The position numbers were made by a program, and so were the translations under genes. Below are positions 49,501-63,772 of a stretch of 64,000 nt of DNA, piece after piece. The DNA comes from Phaeosaccion multiseriatum (lineage: Eukaryota; Protista; Ochrophyta, other classes), in the NCBI GenBank assembly GCA_965112735.1, contig OZ218955.1, forward strand, positions 3,100,001 through 3,164,000. Reading direction: 5' to 3'. The notes beneath the pieces were generated by a model. It was not told the DNA's origin, did not search any database, and worked only from the letters and a program-made list of their open reading frames with translations. Position 1 is the first letter of the stretch. Each line of letters starts with the position of its first letter.

Positions 49501-49832
49501 CGCCGGGCCTCTTGGTAGCGATGGTGAGCTGCAGTTTCAGTGTGCGGTCTTCGCAGTGACATGACTCACGGCTCACACCACCACATTCACTTTCACTACT
49601 GGTGCTGCAGCTGCTGCTTCTGCTGCCCCGGCCACAACCCATGAAAGCACCCTCATAGCCAGTTCTCAAGCTCTTGCCCTCCCCTTCCCTCGCATCCCAG
49701 CGCGGAGTCACTCTCGTGCAACTCCGAGGCACACACAAGGAACAGAAGCAAGGTCTCCCAAGCTCTTTCCTTTGCCTTGTCTGCTCTTGCGCCGCCGGGG
49801 AGGTTGTCCAAAGTTCCAACAGCACCTGCAAT

Positions 49833-49908
49833 GCTGCTGTATCACCAACTGCTGCTGTATCATCAACTGCTGCTGCATCACCAACTGCTATTGTATCACC
49901 AACTGCTG
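49833..49908. repeat. Four tandem 18-bp units GCTGCTGTATCACCAACT (tandem form of the dispersed motif)
   Basis: Directly visible. Confidence 0.9.
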
Positions 49909-50115
49909 TTGCTGAGGTGCCTACTTTTAGGCTACTGTCTACAGAGGGGCTGTCTCCGGGACGGTGCGGAGAATTCGAGTTCGAGCTCCTTCGCCCTTTG
50001 TGGCTGTTTCGACACGGGAGTGGGTCTCTCTCTCTCTCGCCCGTCCCGCCATGCCCGTAGGACCCCAGCTACACCTTCCACTGTCGCGATGCCATGATGC
50101 CACACCGCCCTATAG

Positions 50116-53100
50116 CTACAAGTGCGAGACAATGTCGAGGTCGAGGTCGACATCAATATCGAGGTGTGCCTCGCAGCCCGTCTGCTCCAGACCCGCACAC
50201 TGCCCCACCCCTGCCGCTGATGCTGCTGCTGCCGTTTCGCACGCCTCTCCTCCGTGCGTCTCCTCTGCATCCCAGAGCCACGGAGGTGCCTCCGCACACG
50301 TGTCCGCCCAGGAGACGCTCAGCAGGTCCGCGTACGCTTCGAGCCAGGCGCCGCTGTCGGCGAAGCGCCTCGCTAGGAAGTCGTTGAGCCACACTTGGAC
50401 AGCTCCACAGGGGAGCACCTCCACCACCAGCCGGCTGGAGAACTGGTGTGAGACCCGGGGGGGGGGGGGGGCGGTGGCCCCAGGGGTGCGGTGCGGCGAC
50501 GCGGATGGGTGAGAGAGAGAGGTACAGCGGCAGTGGGAGAGACGGTGTGAGTGTGTGATTGTGTGTGATGTGGGCGTGTGTGGGATTCGAAAAGTAAGAA
50601 ATACCCTCTTCGTCCGGGAGGCTTAGTTTCCGTGTCAGAAAAATTCAAAAATTCGAACGCCTCCTCCCTCCCGCGTCGTTGGGGACACGTCTTCCTCCTC
50701 CCTCCCCACGTCGACTCCTCACCGGACAGAACTTGGCAGCGTTGCTCTGCGCGGCGTCTGTGCCGAGGTCGAGGAGGCCCAAGAGGCTCGCGAAGGGCAG
50801 AACTGGTGGAGGGGTGGGAGGGGGACATGGGGCGACAGGCAGCAAGCAGACGGGCAGCCGGAGAGGAGAGGAGAGGAGAGGAGAGGAGAGAAAGACGGGG
50901 AGGGGATGAGTGGTGGTGTGCGAGGGAAGGGGGTTGCCCGAACGCGGAGAGTCAGGCATCTGATGACTAGAGGCTCTGATGACTAGAGGCTCTGATGACT
51001 AGAGGCTCTGATACACAAACATGTCCCTGCCGCGCTACTGTTTGCCGGACACGAGAATGTCCGCGTCCGCTCCCTTTGGAAGCATAAGCTTGCAGTGAGG
51101 GCATGCCCTCCCTCCCACCCCCACCTGCCGAGTCGTGTGAGAAGAGCAGGTCCATATGGAGGCCGTTACGAGGGGCAGGCGCATCCTCTTCCTCGGCCCT
51201 GCCGGTGATGCCCCGCGTAATGTGGTGCAGCAGGGGGAGCATGACTAGGCGAGTCACGTCCAGCTTCCCAAAGCCGCTGCACACGCACGCACACACGTAT
51301 CAGCGAAGCAGGGTTCCAGTCCCAGGGGGGGGGGGGGAGGAGGACACAGCAAGAAGAAGAGGAGCGAGCGGCGAGGAGACAGCGTCAATCAGTCGCGCAG
51401 ATGGAGGCCTCGTGCCTGAGTTGAGGCGTTGGTGATCTGCTGGCCCCTGTACACCCCCCACCTCGACTCACACACACACACGCACGCACAGGTGGAGATA
51501 GGTCCCGCTACAACGCCCTGACAAGCAATACACACGCACGCATGCACGCACGCACGCACTCCCTCATGCATCGGGCACTGCTGGGGCGTTATTTTCGAAC
51601 GTACCGAGTCAAGTAATTCTCCATGTCCTCCTCAACACTGAGATGCCCCATGACCCTCGCATCCATCATGGAGCACGCGAACACGCCGTCGCCAACCCAC
51701 CCCGCCTCGCCCCCACCCAGGGCCTCTGTGTCGTTGGTGGTGCGGGCAACGTCCATCTGGCAGGCGTAGAAGGCCGCCACTGAGTCGCTTTGGGTCAGCG
51801 AGGCTCGAGACAGCCCGGTGGCTCGAGAGAGGGTGGCTGGTACGGTGCGTGTGGGGGGCAGGGGAAGGAGTTGGGTGAGGCCCTGCACAGGCGGACTGCC
51901 TTACATCTGCCCTCCCCCTCCTCGGGCCTCGGCCCTCCTCCTTCTGCTCCTCCTCTTCCTTCTACTATTGCTGTGCTCTAGGGGGGGGGGGGGGGGGGGG
52001 GAAGCAGGGGCACTCAAGGCTCACTCACCGAGGCTTTCCTCAATCATCTGCTCGTCGAGGAGCCTGGGAAGAAGCACCTTTCTCACGTGCTGCTGAAGCG
52101 AGCACGTCTTGTACGGTCGCAGCAGTGTGTCATTGACATTGGCGCAAGGGTCGGGCGTGTCCAATGGCAAAGGCATCCCGGCCGCTGCCGTCCTGAAAAG
52201 AGAGAACAGGATCGACATAAAAAGAGAGCCCGCGCCACGACAAACAAACCGCCCGTTACATCATAGAAAGCGCCACAAAGGGCAGAGAGAATGAATGATA
52301 CAAGCGGGCACGGCAAGACTAACCCACGCACGTCGATCGCACTCATCACTATCAGTGGCGCTATGCTCTGTGCGCACATCTATCGTGATGCCGACTCACC
52401 CCGCCAGCAACGCACGGCAGCTCTGGCCACATCTCCGTGATGAAGAGGTGACAATCGAGACGCTTGCCTCTCTCGCCGCGGTTGAGCTCCTCCGCTCATC
52501 GGCCCCGACCGCCTCCTCTCCGTCTCCCTGGCCCCTGTTCGAAGCGGAGCTTACAGATGGCTGATCGCTGTAGACGTATCTGCTGGTCATCTGAGTGCCC
52601 AACGCGACCATTTCATCCGCGCCTCGCTCTGTCAAGTCACCAGGGAACGCGTCTGCGGCAGTCTGTAGCGCTGCCGTGCACCACTCCTTCGCATTAGCGC
52701 TCACTTCGTTCGTGTCCCTGTTGTCTGCTGCTGCTGTATCACTAACTGCGGCTGCTGCTGCACAGACCTGTTGATGGGAGGGAGGGGGCGGCAAGGACGC
52801 CGCTGAGTCATCTGCGTTAACGGTCGGAAGAGGGACCATCGCTTGCATCATCGACAAAGAAAGCGGCATAGAGTCGCACCACACAAACACACACTAACCC
52901 ACTTTCTCTCCCTCGCTGCTCCCGAGAGTCCAACACATTCAGCCTCAGAGAGAGGTCTCCTCCTATCAGGCCGGCAGGATACGAACCTTGGTAGCCAGGT
53001 CCGTCACGAGCTTCATTTTTCCCCTGGTAGGGAGTCTGGCGCCATGTCGGGTGAGCATTGCGACGTAGGTTGCCTGTCCTCTGCTGGTGTCGTTCCCGCT

Positions 53101-53391
53101 GCCAGAGGTGGGGGCGTGGGGCGTTTGACGAGGCGCCGTGAGCACGTCTGCGAGAGGGAAGTAGGGGCGCTTGGTGCCGAGAGGGAGGGAAGCCCAGGGG
53201 CTTGGTTGTCCCTGGGCTGCTGCCCAGCTGCCTTCCTCCTCGTCTCCCAAAACAAGCGTCTTCCCATTGTGCACGCCGCTATCTGCTGCCGTCGAGCCAG
53301 GGAGGGGCGGAGCTGTAGAGGAGGCCGAGGCAGAAGTATAAATGCCAAAGCCAATGAGGATATGCACGCCACATAGAAGGCGTCGCAGCAT
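50116..53391 (-). CDS. Secreted histidine acid phosphatase, MINPP1/phytase-like (multi-exon)
   Basis: Signal-peptide-like N-terminus; LGTKRPY; catalytic RHGARLP (RHGxRxP); GDLTERGADEM; DTLLRPYKTC; LLFSHDS (HD motif); RLVVEVLPC. Confidence 0.85.
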
Positions 53392-53594
53392 AAGGTATCC
53401 CTTCCTCCGAGTGAAGGAGGAAGGTGGCTATATAAGGAGGAAGGGGACGAAAGAGAGCGTGTTGGACCTCAAATCACAGTTGGCTCGTTTTTGGATGGCA
53501 CTTGATGCCCCCTTTTCAATCTTTCATCCTTTCCCCACTCCCCCCCCCCTGCCCCCCTGCTCTAGGAGCGGCAGGGCGTCTTCTGCTGTGAAGT

Positions 53595-55676
53595 ATGCCA
53601 TCCTCTAAGGCGACGGTTCAGCTTGTGGACGAGTGGTATGAGGGCACGAAGGAGTGGGAGGCTTCGGGCGGGGTCAGTAGCACGGAGCACCTCCTGCTCC
53701 TTCTCAAGGTGATTTTATCCACTGTGGACCTGGAGCGCTTCAAAAAGAATGGCTACACTCCGCTCCATGCCCTGGCCGACATGCACAAAAGCAAGAAGAC
53801 ACGCTGCACAGAGGAGAAGGGCATGAATATGCGGGGGAGCGTTAAGCTGTTGCAGAGTTGTGGACTTGACATTGACACCAAGAGTGGGAACGACACGCCT
53901 GTTCCTGATCGGACACCTCTCCACCGAGCTGCACACAGGGGTCACTTCGACTTGGTGAAGGGACTCGTGGGAGCCGGTGCAAATGTCAATGAGACGTGTG
54001 AGTATAGGTGGACCGCATTGAGTTTTGCTGCTGCAGGTGACCACCCCCCGATTTTGAGGTACTTGCTGCGGCATGGCGCGGAAGTGGAGGGCAGCGAGGC
54101 CCTACACCAGGCAGCCCATAATGGGAATCCTGAGAGTGTGGAAGCGTTGCTCAAGGCTGGAGCAAAGCCGAACGAGAGAGATGGAGACAGTTACACGGCA
54201 GCCCAGGAGTGCTGCCTGGGTGATGGTGAAAAGAAGGGAGGACGGGCGGAGGCCTTGTCTCTGCTGCTGGAGGGCGGTGCCGACGTGCAAATCAAGACAG
54301 ATACCAATGTGACCCTCCTGCACCTCGCCGCACAGTACGGCAATGCGCAGTGCATTCCTGTTCTGCTGGAGAGAGGGCTGCAGCTTGATGCCAGAAGTGC
54401 TTTTCAGTTCACACCGCTTCATTATGCATGCTTCAACGGAAGATTGGCTTGTGTGAAGGAGCTCATGCGCCGTGGCGCCGCTCTCGACCTGGTGGATGAG
54501 GACGGCTGTACCCCCCTCTTCGATGTCGTCGCTAAGGGGCATGTGAATATTGCGTCTGAGCTGATACAAGCTGGTGCCTCAGTCAAGGTGAAGAGCACGA
54601 CTGCCATAACACCTCTACACCTGGCCGCAGCTGTGGGCAGTAAGGAGCTGTCTTATCTGCTTGTGGAGGCTGAGGCTGAGATCGATGCTCTGACCAACAC
54701 GGGCCAAAGTCCCTTGATGGCCTGCATGCATCCTGCTGAACAAGCCTTGTCACGCGTACTTGCCATGTATGAAACTGAGCCAGGCAGCCAGGAGGCCCGC
54801 GAGAAGGTGGCTGAATTCCTGCTGAAGAGGAGCGCTGCGGTCAATGGGAAGGTCATCGCTTTGGCAGGAGAGAAGGGGTTCGGTGGTGTCATTGCCTCAT
54901 TCCTTAGCAAAGGCAGGGAGGAGAAGAATGCCCTCTCTGACAGGCTCCAGACGGTAGCTGAGCACTATTCCATCCTGGGCGGCAGCGGTGAAGGAGACAC
55001 GCGCAGCCAAGAGGTGGTGGGTGTGCGACTGGTGAACAAAGTGAGTGGGGCGAAGGGGGAGAAGCTGTACGCTTTGAGCATCCCGCTGGTGGAGCAGCTG
55101 ATGGAGAAGGTCAGAGAGGGAGGGGGGGGGGGAAGTGGGACGAAGAGCGCTGGCAAAGACACTTCTGCAGCAGGTATTCTCTCCACCTTACTGGACCCTG
55201 CCAAGTATGGGTACAGGAGCGGCAAGAAAGGAAAGGGGAAGGGCAAGAAGAAGGAGATTGAGCTCGAGTACGACGGAGTGAATTTTACGGAGGAGGGCTT
55301 CGAGGCCGTGGTGAAGTTCGCCACCACGGGCAGCGTGGAGGAGCTGCTGACGAGGAGGCCTGGATCGGCAAGGAAGAGAAAGAGAGGCACGAGCAGCAGT
55401 GGCAGCGGAGAAGGGAACGAGGGCAGTGGTGGTGCGGAGGGCGGCAGCAGCAGCAGCAGCAGCAGTGGTGGTGGAGTGAGGAAAGAGTGTGCAAAGCTGT
55501 TCGACCAGATCAGAGCGAAGCAGGCTCTGCAGGCCGCGGAGTTCTTCTGCTTGGAGGGCATGTCGAGGGAGGTGAAGGCGTTGATGGGCGAGTACGGCTT
55601 TGTGCTGCAGGAGGAGACGGGGGGGGGAGGAGGAGAAGCGGAAGGGGCTGATGGCGGCGAAGGAGAGCATTCGTGA
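53595..55676 (+). CDS. Ankyrin-repeat + BTB-like protein, copy 6 (inverted orientation)
   Basis: 693-aa intronless paralogue; C-terminal half and 3' flank match copy 1. Confidence 0.9.
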   Translation: MPSSKATVQLVDEWYEGTKEWEASGGVSSTEHLLLLLKVILSTVDLERFKKNGYTPLHALADMHKSKKTRCTEEKGMNMRGSVKLLQSCGLDIDTKSGNDTPVPDRTPLHRAAHRGHFDLVKGLVGAGANVNETCEYRWTALSFAAAGDHPPILRYLLRHGAEVEGSEALHQAAHNGNPESVEALLKAGAKPNERDGDSYTAAQECCLGDGEKKGGRAEALSLLLEGGADVQIKTDTNVTLLHLAAQYGNAQCIPVLLERGLQLDARSAFQFTPLHYACFNGRLACVKELMRRGAALDLVDEDGCTPLFDVVAKGHVNIASELIQAGASVKVKSTTAITPLHLAAAVGSKELSYLLVEAEAEIDALTNTGQSPLMACMHPAEQALSRVLAMYETEPGSQEAREKVAEFLLKRSAAVNGKVIALAGEKGFGGVIASFLSKGREEKNALSDRLQTVAEHYSILGGSGEGDTRSQEVVGVRLVNKVSGAKGEKLYALSIPLVEQLMEKVREGGGGGSGTKSAGKDTSAAGILSTLLDPAKYGYRSGKKGKGKGKKKEIELEYDGVNFTEEGFEAVVKFATTGSVEELLTRRPGSARKRKRGTSSSGSGEGNEGSGGAEGGSSSSSSSGGGVRKECAKLFDQIRAKQALQAAEFFCLEGMSREVKALMGEYGFVLQEETGGGGGEAEGADGGEGEHS

Positions 55677-56478
55677 AAGAGAGCAAGGGGCGGTCTTTGA
55701 TATCACTGAACTACTCTAGAAGCAGTGGCACAGACAGGGGAAAGGAAGGGTGTGAGACAGTGTCTTGTGTGTGAGGAGGACCGGGGGGGGGGGGGTGGCA
55801 CTCATTTGAAGCTCGAGTCCAAAGGGGGGGGGGAAGGGCCACTCGTACTCAAGCAGCTCAGGCGAAGGAGGAAGGCGTACACGTATGAGCCATGTCAACA
55901 TGTCAATGAGAAGCTCAGCAGAGCCGCACACACTTACTGCAAACCATCGCGAGCAAAGTATGTAAGTTGGAAATTTGGAAGAATGAAAGGTACCTTTGTT
56001 TTTGATACCTGCGTCAAACCGTACTTGACCGGACCGAAGTCCCGCAACACACACACACACACATACACACACACGCACGCACACACACACATACACACAC
56101 ACGCGCACACACACGCACACACACACACACACACACACATACACACACACCCATCCCCTCCACGACCCTGCTCCCGCGCGTTGTGACGCTGTGAACCCCC
56201 CCCCGCAAGCACGTCCAGATGGCAGTCCATGGCACGTCCCTTGTCCCCTGTGCAGCGGTGCCTTTCAGCAGCAGCGGGACACACACATGTTTGGTTGTTT
56301 GTGTGTGTGTGTGTGTGTGTGGCTTCAGCCAAGTCCATCCATCCACGCCCAGTACATAGTTCGGAGTGCTGCCTCCCAACAGAATATAAGACGGTCGACA
56401 TATGTGTGTCCTTGTGTATTGTTTCAAGTCGCGACCCGGAAACCAAAAAAAAGGTCCCCATGCGCTTGGTCGTGGGTT

Positions 56479-58342
56479 CTACTCTTCCACGTCAGCGCCC
56501 CCGCCCTCCCCCTTCTCCTCCCCCTCCCCCTCCCCCTCCTCTCTTTGTACGGTTATAGAAGCGTGATACTCGGGAGTATCATTCATACACCGGTGCAACA
56601 CCGCGGCCGCCGGCGAACACTCCTCTACCATTGCTGCTGCCATGCGCTCCTTCTCCTCCTCGTCAACGGCCTTGCTGCTATCGAAGCGCTTGTCTTTGGC
56701 GCATCGCTCGAACGCTAGGAATTGGTCGCGGCAGGGCCCCGCTTTCATGAATCTGTGTGCGTGCGTGCGCGCGCGTGTGTGTGTATGTGTGTGTATGTGT
56801 GAGAGTGTTGGGTGTGTCCGTGGCGTTGGTTTGGTTTTAGTTCGGGTTTCGATTGGGTTGGTTAGGCGTTGGGAAAGGAATCGGTTGGGGAGGAGGAGGG
56901 AAGAGGGGGTGAGAGGGGAGGGGGGGGGAGGGGAGGGGAGGGGAGGGGAGGGGAGGGGAGGGGAGGGGAGGGGAGGGGAGGGGAGGGGAGGGGAGGGAAG
57001 AGAAGGGGAGAGGAGGGGAGGGGAGAGGAGGGGAGAGGAGGGGAGGGGAGGGGAGGGGAGGGGAGAGGAGGGGAGAGGAGGGGAGGGGAGGGGAGGGGAG
57101 GGAAGAGAGGTGCGATTTCCACTTCCGTATTTCGATTGCATGACATAAGCATTGCTTGCGCATGGGCTTGTGTGTGGTGTGGTGCGGTGAGACATGTGAT
57201 GTGATGTGATGTCATGGTGCGTGCGGTTGAATGGCTGAGAACCAAAGCAACCCCAACTAGCCAAAAACAGTTGCAACCACAACAGAAGAAGAAAGCAGGG
57301 GCGAGGAAGCTGCCGACAACAAGCACACACACACAAACACGCGCTGCACGCGCGCACACACATACACACACACACACATACACATACACATGCACAAACA
57401 CACACCTTCCCCCCCACCCACCAACGCGCACGTACGCATCGCCGCCATTTGTGACTAACCTGCAAAAGGCACACTCCTGCGCCGCATCTTCCCTGCAGCT
57501 CTGCCCCTCTTGGTCAAAGCCTTCCTCTGTGCAGAACAGCCCCTCAAGCAGCAGGGGAGGGTCTGGGAGGGCGGTGTAGCGACCCACCTCAGCGGGGAAC
57601 ACGCGCCCCTCCAGGGTTAGCTCGGGGAGATAGCCCACAAACTCTTTCTGGGGTGGGGTAAGTCAATGATTCCGTGGGAGTGTGGGTTGGGTGGGTGGGT
57701 AGGTGGGATTCGGTGGGTGGGTGCGTGGGTGGGTGAAGCGAGAGGGTGATGCGGAGGCTGAGGCGAGAGGGAGGGAAGGGACGAAGGGAGTGAAAGTCGA
57801 GTCCCAGGGGGCCATGAGGGGGGGTCACACTCATGCACTCACGAACTCACTCACTCACTCACTCACTCACTCACGCACTGATCAATCACTCTCTCACTCA
57901 TTCACTCACTCACTCATTCACTCACTCATACTCACTCACGCACTCACTCACTCACTTACTCACTCACTCACTCACTCACTCACTCACTCACTCTCTCACT
58001 CACTCACTCACGCACTCACGTTGTCCATGGCCCCCTGCTGCTTGAGGCGGAGGAGGAGTGCCACGCTTTGCGTCTTGTCTCCGGCCGCACCTCCTGTGCT
58101 CAGGGCAATGGTGGGCACGTGAGTGTCGCTCTCCACCACGGGCTGTTCCAGAGAGGAGCAGAGCAGTTGGTGGTACAGACCAGAGTAGAGCAGGGCAAGG
58201 CAGAGCAGAGGAGGGAGGGGGCGTGTAAGAGGGAGGGGGCCTCTCACCCTGTGGATGCACTGATGTGTGTAACACACGCTACCTGCATCACACAGGAGAC
58301 CTTCCTCATAGCCCAAGGTCCATCATCATCACCATCATCATT

Positions 58343-58374
<32 letters not shown>

Positions 58375-59489
58375 TAGTCAATCACCCTAGAGCCTGTCTC
58401 CTCCCTCCATCATCATCGCCATCATCATCATCATTAGTCAATTACTGTAGAGCCTGTCTCCTCCCTCCACTCATCATCATCATAAGTCAATCCTGTCTCC
58501 TCCCTCCACTCATCATCGCCATCATCATCATCATTAGTCAATTACTCTAGAGCCTGTCCCCTCCCTCCACTCATCATCATCATAAGTCAATCACTCTAGA
58601 GCCTGTCTCCTCCCTCCACTCATCATCATCATTAGTCAAGTACTCTAGAGCCTGTCTCCTCCCTCCACCATCATCATGTGTAAATCAGTCCTCACTCTCA
58701 TCCCGCGTGTGCCCTTCCTCTACGCACCTTGTCGCCGTCGGGGGCCTTGGGTCCTCCTTCGCTTGCCTTCTCTTGATCTTCTACCTTGAAGCACACCTCT
58801 GCATGCAATCCTATGACCTTCCCCTCCCCTCCTGCCCCCTCCACAGCCGCCCCGCCCAGTGCCCCTTCACCGATGCCCAGCACCTGCACAGTAGCCTTGG
58901 AGCCCAGCAGGGGGCCGTACATCTGAAGGTGCCCGTCATCAGGGTTGAGCTGGAGTATGACCTCGCCCACACCCTGACCATCGCTACTGCTGCCGCTGCT
59001 GAAGGCCTGCGGAAAGCGCTTCTGGAGTTCAGCAATGGACTGCGGCGTTAGAAAGACGCCCACCGAGGAAGGAGCTGCGTCGTCGGCTGCTGCTGCTCCC
59101 TCTGTGGCATCGGATGATGAGGATTGTGGCGACGATCGTGATGCCTCTTCTGGTCCTGCTGCTGCCGTTGTTGCGGGTGATGTTGCGATCTTCAGAACCC
59201 CTTTTATATTTGTCCGCTCGGATGTCTTGGCGCCCTCTTGACACAGAGCCGCGCCCCTCCTCCACCACCCGCTGTCCAGAGAAGCGGCGGCACTATTTCT
59301 TCCATTCCAACCTCTCCTGCTGCTGCTATTACTGCTATTCTTGCTGTTCTCATCCTCCGGCGTGCCGCGTGTGTCAATCGTAGAGACGATAAAGATACCC
59401 GCCAGAGCAGCCGCATACGACCCCCTGGCCGACGCCCTGGCGGTTGCAGAGCGCCCGGAGGAGGCCAACCAACGGCTGAGATGCGCCAT
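56479..59489 (-). CDS. GCK-domain / Mia40-like twin-CX9C protein, probably mitochondrial (4 exons)
   Basis: ECAFCR|[17 protein letters not shown]...[19 protein letters not shown]; Arg/Ser/Ala-rich N-terminus followed by a hydrophobic stretch. Exons approx. 59489-58728, 58143-58021, 57632-57460, 56751-56479. Confidence 0.75.
58370..58675. repeat. Intronic minisatellite (CATCATCATTAGTCAAT..CTAGAGCCTGTCTCCTCCCTCCAC) x~6
   Basis: Directly visible. Confidence 0.85.
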
Positions 59490-59778
59490 TGATCCTACTG
59501 CCTGTGGATAGAGTACAGTACATGGAAAGGGGGGAAAGGGAAGAGAGAGGGATGGCACTTCACGAGAAATTGAGCCGCTAATAGTCTACAACTAAAACAT
59601 CGACATCTCTCCCCCCTACAGTGCCTTCGATCCCTCTACCACCGACTGATCAAAGAGGTGGTGGTGTACGCTTTGGTTCCTCTAAAGGCAGGAAGAAGGG
59701 AAGCCGAGCACTAAAGTATAGCACCCGGAGCAACCCCCCTTCTGAGGAGAGAGCAGCAAGGCAAGGGGGAGCAGCAAC

Positions 59779-62427
<2,649 letters not shown>

Positions 62428-63249
62428 TTCCTCTTTTTAGGAAGTATTTGTATCGTCACTTATATTATCTTACTTCAACGTATTTCACTCCACACATTCT
62501 TGTCTTTCAGTAAGTATTCTTCTTACACTGGCCAAAGAAATAACTGTTTTGCTTTGCTTTACTTTGCTATCCCCCTTCCCCCCCTCCTCCTCCTTGTCCC
62601 TTCGCTCTTGTTTGCACATTGTTGCCTCCCTTTCTCTTGCCTGTTCTCTTGCCCTGTCTGAGTCTTCTTCTCACTACAGACGACTCCCCCTCATGTTTTT
62701 CCCACGCACGCACGCACACACGCACACACGCACACATCAACATCATCACTAGTGTTGTTCTTCCTGCAAACGTAAAAAATACACCCCTCCACCCCCTCCT
62801 ACCACTCACTCACCACCCCTTCCCTCCTCGCATTTACATACATCCACCTCTCCTCCCTCCCTCCCTCCCCACGGCATTGATTGAGTTGCCTCCCTCCTAG
62901 AGAAGGCCCTCTATCCCCTCTCTCTCTCTGCTCTCTGCCCTCTCTCTCTCTTTGCTCTCTGCGCTCTCTCTCTTTCCTCTCTCCTCTCTCTCTTTGCTCT
63001 CTGCGCGCTCTCTCTCTTTCCTCTCTTTCCTCTCTCTTTGCTCTCTGCGCTCTCTCTCTCTTTCCTCTCTCCTCTCTCCTCTCTCTCTTTGCTCTCTGCC
63101 CTCTCTCCCTCTTTGCTCTCTGCCCTCTCTCTCTCTGCCCTCTCTGCCCTCTCTCTTTGCTCTCTGTTTGGTAATCTGTGGTTGGTCGTCCTCCAAAAGC
63201 CGACGCGACTAAGAGAGAGACAGAGAGAGAGAGTCGAAACCGTGAGGTA

Positions 63250-63772
63250 TCACCAACTGCTGCTGCTTCCACTGGTGCCACTGCCGCCACCGCTGCTGCT
63301 GCTGCTCTGCTGGGTCCCCCCTGCCCCCCCCCCTCCCCCTCCCCCTCCTCCCACTGCCGCTGCCTTTTGCTGCTTTTGCCTGCGGCTCTGAGCAAGCACG
63401 TCGTTGAGGTCTCTGGCGACGACTTCAATGTCGTGGATGCGGTCTTGCCGAAGCACCTGTTGACGCGCACACACACAATACACACACATAGAGAGAGGGA
63501 GAGGGAGAGGGAGTGAGAAGAGAGAGGGAGAGAGAGAGGGAGTGAGAAGAGTGAAGAGAGTGAGTGAGAAGCGAGACGGAAGAGAGAGAGAGGCTGGGCC
63601 GCTTCCCGTATAGTCCTGGCATGTGGGTGTGTGTTCGTGCGTACGTGCGTGCGTTCTCCCTTTGGTTACCTTGAGATGAATAAGCCCTCCGATGGGGGTG
63701 GCGTCAATGATGCTCACGGCGTCCTGCTTGCTGCTCACGCGCTGCCCCTGCATCTCCAGCACCACGTCGTAC
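63250..63772 (-). CDS. 3' exons of a PDZ-domain protein (possibly HtrA/Deg protease); gene continues beyond the window
   Basis: YDVVLEMQGQRVSSKQDAVSIIDATPIGGLIHLK|VLRQDRIHDIEVVAR resembles the C-terminal half of a PDZ domain. Confidence 0.6.

Larger units (their letters stand above)
35311..49530. repeat. Tandem segmental array, ~3.5-kb unit x4 (A-B-A'-B'), each unit one ANK-BTB gene plus a shared spacer
   Basis: Spacer blocks recur at ~35311, 38790, 42385, 45870 and at ~38320, 41915, 45398, 49097. Copy 2 and copy 4 are offset by 7073 bp. Confidence 0.95.

Noticed and set aside
26305-55676. Endogenous giant-virus insertion or a diversity-generating retroelement behind the ANK variation
   Set aside because: No viral core genes, reverse transcriptase or template repeat are visible, and the intervening genes are intron-rich host genes. 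A viral origin of individual genes remains open.
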